From Terriglobia bacterium (GTDB lineage Bacteria > Acidobacteriota > Terriglobia > 20CM-2-55-15), in contig CAXWPJ010000004.1 in NCBI GenBank assembly GCA_963664115.2, positions 96,001 to 160,000 on the forward strand: DNA of 64,000 nucleotides, written 5' to 3'. This document shows, one piece after another, positions 20,007 to 29,298 of the stretch; the stretch's first letter is position 1; every line of letters begins with the position of its first letter. A program made the position numbers and the translations under genes. The notes below the pieces were generated by a model. It saw only the letters and a program-made list of their open reading frames with translations, made no database searches and had not been told where the DNA came from.

Positions 20007-20452
20007 TGCGCTGGTTGAAGTTCAACGTTGTTGGCGCGATGGGTATGGCAATCCAGGTTGCCACGCTCGCTGGCGGCGTGCATCTACTCAACTTGCACTA
20101 CCTCCTGGCGACGTTTCTGTCGGTGGAAGCAGCACTGCTGCACAACTTCGTCTGGCATGTGAATTGGACCTGGCCGGCGCACACCGCCCAACTCCGATGG
20201 TCGACGGGTTCCATGCTGCGTTTCCAATTCATCACGGGGACCGTATCCATAGTCGGCAATATGGGACTCATGTGGGTTCTCGTAGCAAGCGTACAACTGG
20301 AGCCGGTCTTCGCCAACCTCGTGTGTATCGGGGCGTGTTCACTCGTGAACTTCGTCGTGTGCAACCGTATCGTATTTGCTTTTCCCGCTATTTCGGCCTC
20401 ACTGACAACACACGAAAATTCACGAACAAGATTCGACACAGGAGGGATCGTC
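20003..20452 (+). CDS. GtrA family flippase-like protein (no stop codon; reads in frame into the next gene)
   Basis: RW.KFN.VG..G..IQ, HNFVWH..WTW, AN...I...S.VNF; 4 TM helices. Confidence 0.75.
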
Positions 20453-21340
20453 ATGTCTCGCTTTCCTAGAGGATCGAAGCGCTTATGTATCTGCATCAGT
20501 CTGTGTGCGTCCGCCATCGTTGGACTTTTGACGCCGCTTCAGGCGCAGGGATTGAGGGCTGACACTATCCAGGCTTGGAACGAATATGTCCTTCTGACTG
20601 AAGCTCGGATCGGGGAAGAACTCCGTTCAGGAGAAGGTTTCCTGGTGCAGGAGTTTCAGTCACCCACCGAGGCTCGGGCGGATCGCGAAGTCGTTCTCTC
20701 AGGCCAGCTCCTGGTTCGGAAAATGAGCACAACGCCCCCGGACGGGACAGACATCGCGATTCCAGGCGGCATGATCCACCACTGGAGAGGTGTCGTATTC
20801 ATACCAGCAGTCACGCTCGACGACGTTCTCGCAGTGGTCCAAAACCCCGATGCCCAACCTCATGAACAAGAAGACGTCCTCGAGTCGAGAGTCCTCGGTC
20901 GAGATGGAGATTCCCTCCGCATCTTCCTCAAACTGGTGCGCTCGAAGTTCATCACCGTGACCTACAACACCGAACACCGTGTCGATTACCGCAGGCATGG
21001 CACAGGATAGGCTTCGAGTCGCACCATCGCGACCAAAATTGCCGAACTTAGCTCGGCCGGAATACCAAACGAGCGAGAGAAACCGCCCGGCAGTGATCGC
21101 GGATTCCTGTGGCGGCTGAACTCGTACTGGCGCTACCAAGAGGCGGACGGTGGCGTACTGGTCGAGTGCGAATCGTTGACATTGAGCCGTTCGATTCCTA
21201 CTTTCATTACGCTGTTCGTTCGTCCCCTGATTGAGCGCGTGGCAAGAGAGTCGATGAATCGGACGCTTCGCTCGATGAGGGAGCGATTTGGCGATTCTCA
21301 TTTGCCAACTTCCAATCCGGTGACACACATCAGCGACTGA
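20453..21340 (+). pseudogene. Secreted conserved hypothetical (possibly START/SRPBCC-like) interrupted by an in-frame TAG at 21008-21010
   Basis: Own RBS (GGAGGG) and ATG at 20453 with signal peptide; after the TAG the same frame continues 109 codons (ASSRTIATKIAEL...FLWRLNSYWRY...VECESLTLSRSIP...RESMNRTL) to TGA at 21340. Confidence 0.7.
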
Positions 21341-21422
21341 AGCGCCGCAGGGGACCAAAAACAACGGCCACAGGCAAGTTTTCAAAAGTAAAGCCTTCAA
21401 CCTTGAAGGAAGGAGAGACCCA

Positions 21423-22013
21423 ATGATCGAACTGACCGACAAAAGCATATTGTCACAATCGCTGACTTGCCAAAGGTTGTTCCAGAACAGCGGACCGATG
21501 GCGAGTTTCGCCCGTGTTGCCATCATGGCCTTCGTCTCGATACTTCTCTGGCCGCCCTCTGATGCCTCTGCTCAAGAACGACCTGCCCTCGCTTTGGAGA
21601 CCTCCCTGGGATGGGCAGGGTTTGTCGACAACAGCACCAAACACCATGGAGTACTCGGTGGTGGAGCAAGGTTCTACCTGACGCCGCGGCTGGCCGTAGG
21701 GCCTGAAGTTGTTTACATGGCGGGACCCGGAGACATCCGCATCTTCATGCTTACCGGGAACCTGAGTTTCGACCTGCTGCCCACCAGCGCTAATGGACCG
21801 CCTCGCCTGAATCCGTATCTGGTCGCCGGCGGTGGTCTGTTCCAACACAGGGACGAGTTTCCTCGGGGAACCTTCACCTCAAACGAAGGCGCGTTCACCG
21901 CGGGAGGGGGAATGCGTGTCTTCCTGACCGACAGGGTTTACATCGCACCGGAATTGAGGGTCGGCTGGGAACTCCACCTCCGAACGACTGTCGCAATCGG
22001 GTTTCAATTTTGA
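21423..22013 (+). CDS. Outer-membrane beta-barrel protein (OmpA/OMP_b-brl-like)
   Basis: Amphipathic strands, PY...GGG, GGG.R.F, C-terminal Phe (IGFQF); start 21423 or 21498. Confidence 0.75.
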   Translation: MIELTDKSILSQSLTCQRLFQNSGPMASFARVAIMAFVSILLWPPSDASAQERPALALETSLGWAGFVDNSTKHHGVLGGGARFYLTPRLAVGPEVVYMAGPGDIRIFMLTGNLSFDLLPTSANGPPRLNPYLVAGGGLFQHRDEFPRGTFTSNEGAFTAGGGMRVFLTDRVYIAPELRVGWELHLRTTVAIGFQF

Positions 22014-22171
22014 AAACAGAGACTCAGTTCTTATGTGAACAGTGCCCCCGGGGGGTGCTCGAAAGAAATGTTCCGGCACGTCGACTGCCTGAACATTGGA
22101 CATGCGATTGTGTCATTGAAGATCAGGGATTACGTTCAAGTGGGGCCTGACCGTCCCATGGGAGTTTAGCG

Positions 22172-23236
22172 ATGAGAATCTCAATTACGATGAGGACGAT
22201 CGTCAGTTTATTCGGTATCGGTTTTCGCCTCCTGACCCTAGCCGCAGTCATAGTGGTATCCGCAGGAAACGTGCATGCCGCTCAGGAGACACCCAGGCCT
22301 ATACCCATTGCTGTAGGGCAGTACATTCTCGCCAGTGCAAACTCACAAGCTCTTCCGGCTGTCGTCTCAGAGAACGGATCCCGGCGGCAAGAAGTCATAG
22401 GGGGATCGGTAATACTTGAGGCGGACGGCACTTTTACGTGGCGGACTCTGTACCGCAACATCGGAGGCGGTGGCTTCGAAAATAGTGAAAGCTCGGGTGG
22501 CGGAAACTATCTACAGGAGGGGACACGCATAATCTTCATGTCTGAGGTGGATACGCCCCTTTTCGAAGGCGCTCTGGAAGGCAATACACTGACGATTCCG
22601 GTGGACGTACCCATGGTTTACCGGAAGATTTTCCGTCAGAGCGCGGTATCTCGGGGTATCAACCAAGCAATTACAGAGCCCCGTGGGTCCGGCCTGGTGC
22701 CACCGCCACCGCCCCCGCCGTCGACAATAGGTGTTTTCACCTCCGGCTTGACACTGGCTCTTGGCGATGTGCCCGTATCCTTTGAGGAACTGTGCGACTC
22801 TTCGGAACTGATCGTCGAGGCTCATGTGCAGTCGCTTCTCGCTCCAACCGAGAATCTCAGATATCTCGAAACAGATGCGATATTGTCCCTCGACCGGTTG
22901 CTTAAGGGACCCGAATCGATCCGACAGGTCGTGATCTCTCAAAAAGGAGGAGTGCTCCCTCAGTTCATACAATTGCCGTATCAGTACGACCTGATGCAAC
23001 CCGGGGAGCACTACATCCTTTTTCTTACCGAAGAGAGGGAAACCCATCTCCCCGATGTGCCTGGCATCCCTCGCTACGCCCTCAACGGCTCCTGGACAGG
23101 AATGGTCCAAATCGATGAAAGTGGCGTCCACATGAGCTTCGACACCGCTGAGACCATCCGTGAACAGTTTGACGGCGGGAGTTCACAGGAGTTGGTCGCC
23201 GCAATTCAACGGTGTTCGCAGACACCCCTACGCTGA
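22172..23236 (+). CDS. Secreted two-domain hypothetical protein with poly-Pro linker
   Basis: Signal peptide (VHA-A); PPPPPPP at about 22700-22720 separates two beta-rich domains. Confidence 0.6.
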   Translation: MRISITMRTIVSLFGIGFRLLTLAAVIVVSAGNVHAAQETPRPIPIAVGQYILASANSQALPAVVSENGSRRQEVIGGSVILEADGTFTWRTLYRNIGGGGFENSESSGGGNYLQEGTRIIFMSEVDTPLFEGALEGNTLTIPVDVPMVYRKIFRQSAVSRGINQAITEPRGSGLVPPPPPPPSTIGVFTSGLTLALGDVPVSFEELCDSSELIVEAHVQSLLAPTENLRYLETDAILSLDRLLKGPESIRQVVISQKGGVLPQFIQLPYQYDLMQPGEHYILFLTEERETHLPDVPGIPRYALNGSWTGMVQIDESGVHMSFDTAETIREQFDGGSSQELVAAIQRCSQTPLR

Positions 23237-23488
23237 GACGACCCGTGACGATTGTTCGCAACATTTGACGCGATCCGCACCGGGCGATCGCCGGCCTGAA
23301 CTCGTTTAAAGAACGAACAGAACGCATACTGGTAATCTAAGCGTGACCGTTTCGCGGCCACTACAGCCCAGAGTGAATCTCAACTTTCAGGAATGCCCCG
23401 CGCTCCGGGCATCGACATTCAGTTTGGTCTCAAGCCTATCCTGTGATTAGATTCAGCTTCGGGAAAAGGCACGACAACAGGAGGATTT

Positions 23489-25021
23489 ATGCGCGTTTGG
23501 ATACTGCTCGTCATTTTTGTCTCACTGACTTTCGCCCCCGCGGGTGCGATGCCTCTACAGATCACGAATCCGATCCCAGATCCGGTTGAAAAACGTGGCC
23601 TCATGGTCGAGATCAGGGATGTCGTGCGCCTACCGGAGTCGCGCGGGATGCGTCCCCCCGAACAGGACGTGAATCCTGCGGGATGGGCGCGCGTTAGTTT
23701 CGTCCGTGACCTTCCGGACGGCCGCCGCTTCGTCAACGATTCTCGTGGATTTCTGTACCTCCTTGATCGCGAAGACCAACCCGACATCTACGCGAACGTC
23801 GGCGAAGTCTTTCCCTTTACCGACTACAGTAGGCTGGAGAGTGGCTTTATCGGATTCGCCTTCCATCCGGAATTCGCGCGGAACGGATTGTTTTACACCG
23901 TCCACGGCGAGCGCGCGATGGGCAATCCCGCCACGGCAGATTTCATCCCGCCAGGTTTTACAACATCCGATGTGACCCGCTACAACGTGATCACGGAGTG
24001 GCGCGCGACGAACCCGGCATCCAACACCTTCGAGGGCGCCCGGCGTGAACTGCTCCGTGTGGCTCACGTAGTCGACAGCCTCACCCACCCCTTCGGCTAT
24101 GTGGGGTTCAATCCGACATCAATGCCCGGCGACGCGGATTACGCCTTGCTCTACACAAGCGGTAGCGATCTGGGATTCAGTAACGGCGCCGGGCCAAACG
24201 CGAACAATCCCAGCCAGGTGCAGCGCCTGGATACGGTAGTCGGCGCCATTTTGCGGATCGATCCGCGCAGTCCCACCGTATCGGGCGGAATGAAAGGACT
24301 TGGCGATTACACGATTCCGTCAATTAACACGTTCGCTGCGGACGACGATCCGAACACGCTGGGCGAGATTTACGCCTATGGATTCCGGAACGCCCACCGG
24401 CTTTCGTGGGATCTCACCGATGGAACGATGTTCGCGTCGGACATCGGAATGAACCACATCGAGGAAATCAACATCGTCCGCGAAGGCGAGAACTATGGCT
24501 GGATGCGGCGGGAGGGCTACTTCGAGAACGGCGTCACCCGACCCGGCGGAGCGCTCAATCAGTTGTTCTCTCTACCCGAGGAAGTTCATAACGGTCAAAG
24601 AGAGGACGAATTCACCTATCCGGTGGCAATCTACGACCACAGCGACGGCCGGGCCGTGTCGGGTGGGTTCGCTTACTACGGTGTCATCGAGGCACTGCGG
24701 GGCAAGTTCGTGTTTGGCGATCTCCAACGAGGCCGTCTCTTCGCGGCCGATCTTGCTGCGATGAAGGCGGCTGATGACGGCATTCCAGGGACCGTAGCCC
24801 CGGTCGAGGAGATCCAGCTCTATTCGCGTAATTCGAACGGCGACCGGATCTACGTGACGTTCCGGGATCTGGTTGAAGCAAGGAATGGCGCCTCCGCCAC
24901 ACGCGCCGACCTGCACATCAGCCGTAGCCGCGATGGCGAGCTCTTTCTCACATCAAGGCAGGACGGGATGATCCGCATGCTCGTTCCGGATTCTGGTGAA
25001 ACATCGCCGGGTGTGCGTTAG
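23489..25021 (+). CDS. PQQ-dependent sugar (glucose/sorbosone) dehydrogenase family protein
   Basis: G.IG.AFHPEF..NG.FY, G.ILRIDP, EIYAYGFRN.HR.SWD, EEIN....G.NYGW. Confidence 0.85.
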   Translation: MRVWILLVIFVSLTFAPAGAMPLQITNPIPDPVEKRGLMVEIRDVVRLPESRGMRPPEQDVNPAGWARVSFVRDLPDGRRFVNDSRGFLYLLDREDQPDIYANVGEVFPFTDYSRLESGFIGFAFHPEFARNGLFYTVHGERAMGNPATADFIPPGFTTSDVTRYNVITEWRATNPASNTFEGARRELLRVAHVVDSLTHPFGYVGFNPTSMPGDADYALLYTSGSDLGFSNGAGPNANNPSQVQRLDTVVGAILRIDPRSPTVSGGMKGLGDYTIPSINTFAADDDPNTLGEIYAYGFRNAHRLSWDLTDGTMFASDIGMNHIEEINIVREGENYGWMRREGYFENGVTRPGGALNQLFSLPEEVHNGQREDEFTYPVAIYDHSDGRAVSGGFAYYGVIEALRGKFVFGDLQRGRLFAADLAAMKAADDGIPGTVAPVEEIQLYSRNSNGDRIYVTFRDLVEARNGASATRADLHISRSRDGELFLTSRQDGMIRMLVPDSGETSPGVR

Positions 25022-25146
25022 GTACGTTTCGTTTTGGGATCTCAGATCAGGGAGGACCGATTCGGCGGACACTCTGATTTCGTTGTCACAGGCGGGTCGG
25101 CCGGCGCAGAAACTGTAGTTGAGAAAGAAATAACAAGGAGTCTCCA

Positions 25147-25788
25147 ATGAAGAACTTTCAAATGGTTGTTGCCGCAGTCCTGCTCCTGGTGTTGGTCAAT
25201 TCACCGGGGCTTGCGCAAGACACGAGCATGAGCTTTTTTGTGACGAGCGTAGGCTCGGGCGATGGAGGAAATCTCGGCGGCCTCATCGGTGCCGATGCTC
25301 ACTGCCAGCAACTAGCCGCGGCCGTGGGCGCCGGGAACAAGACCTGGGTCGCCTACCTGAGCCAGAGTCAGAGGGCCGTGACGATAAACGCTCGCGATCG
25401 CATCGGAAATGGGCCGTGGTACAGCCCCACAGGTATCAAAGTTGCCGACAACATCGAGGATTTGCACTCCGACAGCTCCAACGTCACGGGGCGCACATCC
25501 TTGACCGAGCGAGGCGAGGAAGTTTCCAACCACGACATACTGACCGGCTCGCAGCCCGACGGGACAGCGTTTCCCTTTCCCATGATGGACATGCTGGACT
25601 TCGACGATCACACGATGACTTGTGGAAACTGGGCCAGCAACGACAGCGATCACTGGGCCATGATCGGACATAGTGACCGTGATGGCAGCGTCGGTTTTTC
25701 GTCCTGGAACGGGGCGCATCCGATCCGGAGCTGCAATCAAGCTGACGGCGGCACCGGTTTCCTGTTTTACTGCTTCGCCATTGATTAA
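25147..25788 (+). CDS. Secreted lectin-like protein (C-type lectin/endostatin-like fold)
   Basis: FFVTS.G.G.GGNLGG..GADAHCQ.LA, ARDRIG.GPW, HDILTGS, TC.NW, G.FYCFA. Confidence 0.7.
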   Translation: MKNFQMVVAAVLLLVLVNSPGLAQDTSMSFFVTSVGSGDGGNLGGLIGADAHCQQLAAAVGAGNKTWVAYLSQSQRAVTINARDRIGNGPWYSPTGIKVADNIEDLHSDSSNVTGRTSLTERGEEVSNHDILTGSQPDGTAFPFPMMDMLDFDDHTMTCGNWASNDSDHWAMIGHSDRDGSVGFSSWNGAHPIRSCNQADGGTGFLFYCFAID

Positions 25789-25817
25789 AACGGCGTCGCG
25801 CCAAACGTCGTAACGAC

Positions 25818-25845
25818 CGAAGGCCGCGCTTACGCGCGGCCTTCG
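25818..25845. terminator. Hairpin between convergent genes (probable bidirectional terminator)
   Basis: CGAAGGCCGCGC-TTAC-GCGCGGCCTTCG, perfect 12-bp stem. Confidence 0.6.
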
Positions 25846-25884
25846 CCGACTCTTTGCCCGCTCTATGGAGAACCACTCCTCAGC

Positions 25885-26967
25885 CTAATTTCTCCAAGCC
25901 AGTTGAGCTTCATAACACTCGAGGAGGACTGTAAAATATCGGCTGACCGCATCGCGGCTGACGAAAGGGTGCGGTTCGCCTTCCCGTCGAGTGGCTTCGA
26001 GCACGCCATTGGATTGATCGGGATTCATGAGTCTCCAGGTACGCATCTTTTCCCTCAAATTGCCGTGCCTTAAGGTCTGAGTGAGGATTGTGTCGACCCC
26101 GGCCTCAGCCACGATGTCCCTGAAACGCCGTGCCGATTCGACCCAGGTGTTCATCATCGTCACGCTGTCGGGAAAATACTCGACTCCCTGCCGGCCGATC
26201 GAGATGTCGGTACCGCCCCAGAAAGCAGCCACGTGCCGCTCCTCGTCCGATTTGACCGTGTACCTGTTCCAGAGTGGCTCAATAATCATTGAGAGCGTCC
26301 CCGGCGTATGCCCCGGAGTGACATAGAACGTTATCGTGACTTCACCGAGCGTCAACTGCTCACCGTCGGTCACGACCATGTCTTTTGTGGGCTTGAGTTC
26401 AGTGGGATTGTTATCCCGCGCCACGACATCCCAATCCGCTTCCGACATCACTACTCGTGCTGACGGATAGGCTTCCTGGAGAGCTCTCGCCCCGAAATAG
26501 CGATCGTCATGGGCGTGCGAAACGACGATGTAACGGATGTTTTCGGGATCGATACCAAACTTCAGCAGACCCCAAACCATCTCTTCGCTGTTGTAGTGGA
26601 AGCCCGTGTCGATAATGATGATCCCTTCGGCTGTGTTGACGGCATAAACTCCATGGGTCTGCGTGCCAATGAAATACAGATTGTCGAACAAGTCCGTGGG
26701 CGGAATATACCAGTCGTCGCGCTCCCGAGTGGCGGTTCGGTCCTGCTGCCGCATCTGATCCGGCAACGTGGGTTCCGCGCACATCTGGTCGAACAAGCGG
26801 TCGAAAGTGTGATACGGCTGCAGGGGATTTTCGACGCTGGGTCGAATCGCAGCCCTCGCTGCCGCCACATGTGACCCGACGTCAGCGTCCTGTCCGTTCG
26901 CGTCAGTCACCATCCCAGTCACACAAAGCAACACGCCGCACAATGCTGGCACCAGATAGCCTCTCAT
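25885..26967 (-). CDS. Secreted MBL-fold metallo-hydrolase (B3-like) with atypical metal motif
   Basis: FDNLYFIG, G.I.IDTG, SHAHDDR (vs HxHxDH), TPGHTPG. Confidence 0.8.
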   Translation of the reverse strand: MRGYLVPALCGVLLCVTGMVTDANGQDADVGSHVAAARAAIRPSVENPLQPYHTFDRLFDQMCAEPTLPDQMRQQDRTATRERDDWYIPPTDLFDNLYFIGTQTHGVYAVNTAEGIIIIDTGFHYNSEEMVWGLLKFGIDPENIRYIVVSHAHDDRYFGARALQEAYPSARVVMSEADWDVVARDNNPTELKPTKDMVVTDGEQLTLGEVTITFYVTPGHTPGTLSMIIEPLWNRYTVKSDEERHVAAFWGGTDISIGRQGVEYFPDSVTMMNTWVESARRFRDIVAEAGVDTILTQTLRHGNLREKMRTWRLMNPDQSNGVLEATRREGEPHPFVSRDAVSRYFTVLLECYEAQLAWRN

Positions 26968-27003
26968 GGCCGTCTCCTTGTCGTTTGAATTTCATTGTTG
27001 ACG

Positions 27004-27867
27004 TCAATCTGCTCCATACTTTGCTCCCGGATAGGCGAAGTACACCTCATTTCTGGAAGCCTCCGGATCGCAGTTTTCCCATGCGGGCTCGATCCCCCCC
27101 GGACTTCTATAGAGGGAGAAGGCGTACTTGAACGGCCGCGTCAGGAACGTCGGGTCTTCCAGGGTGATGATGAGCCTCAAGATGTTTTCATCGACGATCT
27201 GATAGCGCTCGGTCACTTTCTTCCGTACCGATGTCGCCATATGAAGGTGATCGTCCATGCCATCGGGATCGAAAGTAAAATTGGTGGATTCGACAATCAG
27301 GTCGTCTCCGTCCCACCAACCGATCGAATGCCCATTCTGAAACAAGAATCGGGCCTGCGGATGCCCGCGTCCGTCCATCCATATTTCCCGGGTGATCAGG
27401 CCCACTGCATTGTCCGAATACTGGAATATCAGATGGTCCGGAAACGACCAAATATAGACCCCCGCGCCGAATATCGTCGGAATGGTCGGAAGGGCACACT
27501 CGGCCAGTGTCGGCGACATACGGTGGTCAGCGAACTCAAGCCAGGCCTCCGCCCTGCTGTTCAACGGAAGCTGGTCGGTCGGAATCGAGCAATTCAGCAG
27601 TTTTTCACCGTAGTCTCCCAGACGGCCGCCGCAGTTGCCACGTTCCTCGTCATCGGGATTTCTGATCCGCGTATCCCAGTTCCCAATAAGGGTAAAGGAC
27701 TTATCAAATTGCTCAAAGCTTTGTGCGGCCAGACCTGGCGGCACGAACATCAGCATCCATAGCAGGAAGCTCCCGAGTAGAAAGCTCCCAAGCAGAAAGC
27801 TCCCGACGGAACGCCCGTTCCAGCCTCGCTTCCGACAAGTCACTCTTTTTCCAAAAATACGTGTCAT
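27004..27867 (-). CDS. Conserved secreted hypothetical, DUF6152-partner family, Cys/His-rich subtype
   Basis: Close paralog of 10625-11437 (GNCGGRLGDYGEKL.NCS.P.DQLPLN; DDHLHMA.SVRKKVTERY); AGGAG RBS. Confidence 0.75.
   Translation of the reverse strand: MTRIFGKRVTCRKRGWNGRSVGSFLLGSFLLGSFLLWMLMFVPPGLAAQSFEQFDKSFTLIGNWDTRIRNPDDEERGNCGGRLGDYGEKLLNCSIPTDQLPLNSRAEAWLEFADHRMSPTLAECALPTIPTIFGAGVYIWSFPDHLIFQYSDNAVGLITREIWMDGRGHPQARFLFQNGHSIGWWDGDDLIVESTNFTFDPDGMDDHLHMATSVRKKVTERYQIVDENILRLIITLEDPTFLTRPFKYAFSLYRSPGGIEPAWENCDPEASRNEVYFAYPGAKYGAD
27761..27805. repeat. 3 x 15-bp coding tandem repeat (GSFLL x3) in a signal peptide
   Basis: AGCAGGAAGCTCCCG / AGTAGAAAGCTCCCA / AGCAGAAAGCTCCCG. Confidence 0.8.
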
Positions 27868-28084
27868 TTGATATCTCCTGGCATAGCTCGTTGAATCAGG
27901 TGGAGTCCCTTTGAGACCTTCGCGGACCCAAATTGCTCTGGTCGAAACAACGGACAATATCACGCACGATACACCCGACAGGGCCGCAAGGTAAATCCCC
28001 TTCGCGGTCGCTGCGATTTCCTTAACCCGTCATCCATCCGTTTTGCTAGACTCCCCAGATATCCAAAACGTGAAGGAGCACGCA

Positions 28085-29269
28085 ATGAAGGTCCACATCT
28101 TTCTCCTGGTTAGCGCGATTACACTCCTCGGCGGCGGCGCGATCCGGATGGTCCTGCCTGTCTCCGCGCAGGAAAGCAACGAACCCGTTGCGCGGACGGC
28201 CATCGAGGAACTCGGACGGCTCCTGTTCTGGGATCCGATCCTGTCGGGCAGCCGTGACATCGCCTGTGTGTCCTGCCACCACCCGGATTTTGCCTATGCC
28301 GACGGTCGTCCGCTCTCACTCGGCACCGGCTCAGCAGGACTGGGGCCAGAGCGGACCGATACGACAGGCGGGATGATTCCGATGACCAGGCGGAACTCTC
28401 CTACCGTCCTCAACGTGGGCTTCAACGGCTTGGATGACAATCGGCGGCGGCGTCAATTGTTCGACGGTACGGTGGCTTCGGTCAATCAGGCGAACGCTCC
28501 TATGTTCTGGGACAACCGCGTGCGCAGCCTGGAGCTGCAGGCCCTGGAGCCGATCAAAGCCTTTGAGGAGATGCGCGGCAGCGCGTATCCGGAGGATGCA
28601 GCGCTCGACACAGTTGTGGCGCGGCTCGAGGAAATTCCGGAGTACGTCGCGCTGTTCGAGAGCGCGTTCGGAACACCCGCGTCTGTCACCGCACCACGCA
28701 TCGGTGCGGCGATCGCAGCGTTCGAGCGAACACTCACCGCGATGAACAGCCCATTCGACCGCTACCGTTCGGGGGACACGACTGCCCTGACGGCTGCGCA
28801 ACGACGCGGTATGGAAGCGTTCGACGATGTAGGCTGCGACCGGTGTCACGACGGGGTGATGTTCTCCGACTTCGGTCTGCACGCGGAAGGCGTCGCCGAG
28901 CACCCGCTGCTGGAAGCCCCGGATACAGGTGACGGCCGGTTCCGTTTTCGGACGCCGACGCTTCGCAACATCGCGCTCACGGCGCCGTATATGCACAACG
29001 GCACACTGGGGACGCTTGAGGATGTGTTGGTCTTTTACGACAATGGCCGTTCCGAGAACCCGAACATATCCAACGCCGGCCGGCGGCAACAGGCGAACGG
29101 CTTGGCCCGCCTTGATCGCCGCTTCCGCCGCGTGGACGACATGAACGAACGCGAGATGGCTGACATCGTTGCGTTCCTCGAAGCGCTGACCGACCCCGAT
29201 TTTGACCGGAGCATCCCCGCCCGGGTACCCAGCGGCCTCACGCCTGGAGGCCTTATCAAGAACCCCTGA
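28085..29269 (+). CDS. Di-heme cytochrome c peroxidase (CcP/MauG family)
   Basis: LGR.LFWDP.LS, CVSCH, RN.PT..N, FWD.R, CDRCH, FRTPTLRN...TAPYMHNG. Confidence 0.9.
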   Translation: MKVHIFLLVSAITLLGGGAIRMVLPVSAQESNEPVARTAIEELGRLLFWDPILSGSRDIACVSCHHPDFAYADGRPLSLGTGSAGLGPERTDTTGGMIPMTRRNSPTVLNVGFNGLDDNRRRRQLFDGTVASVNQANAPMFWDNRVRSLELQALEPIKAFEEMRGSAYPEDAALDTVVARLEEIPEYVALFESAFGTPASVTAPRIGAAIAAFERTLTAMNSPFDRYRSGDTTALTAAQRRGMEAFDDVGCDRCHDGVMFSDFGLHAEGVAEHPLLEAPDTGDGRFRFRTPTLRNIALTAPYMHNGTLGTLEDVLVFYDNGRSENPNISNAGRRQQANGLARLDRRFRRVDDMNEREMADIVAFLEALTDPDFDRSIPARVPSGLTPGGLIKNP

Positions 29270-29298
29270 CGGTCGACACACCTGAGCGGATCCATGAC

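Noticed and set aside
21008-21010. Genome-wide amber recoding
   Set aside because: Many genes end at TAG at the expected position (e.g. 5918, 12180, 12942, 14245, 54563)
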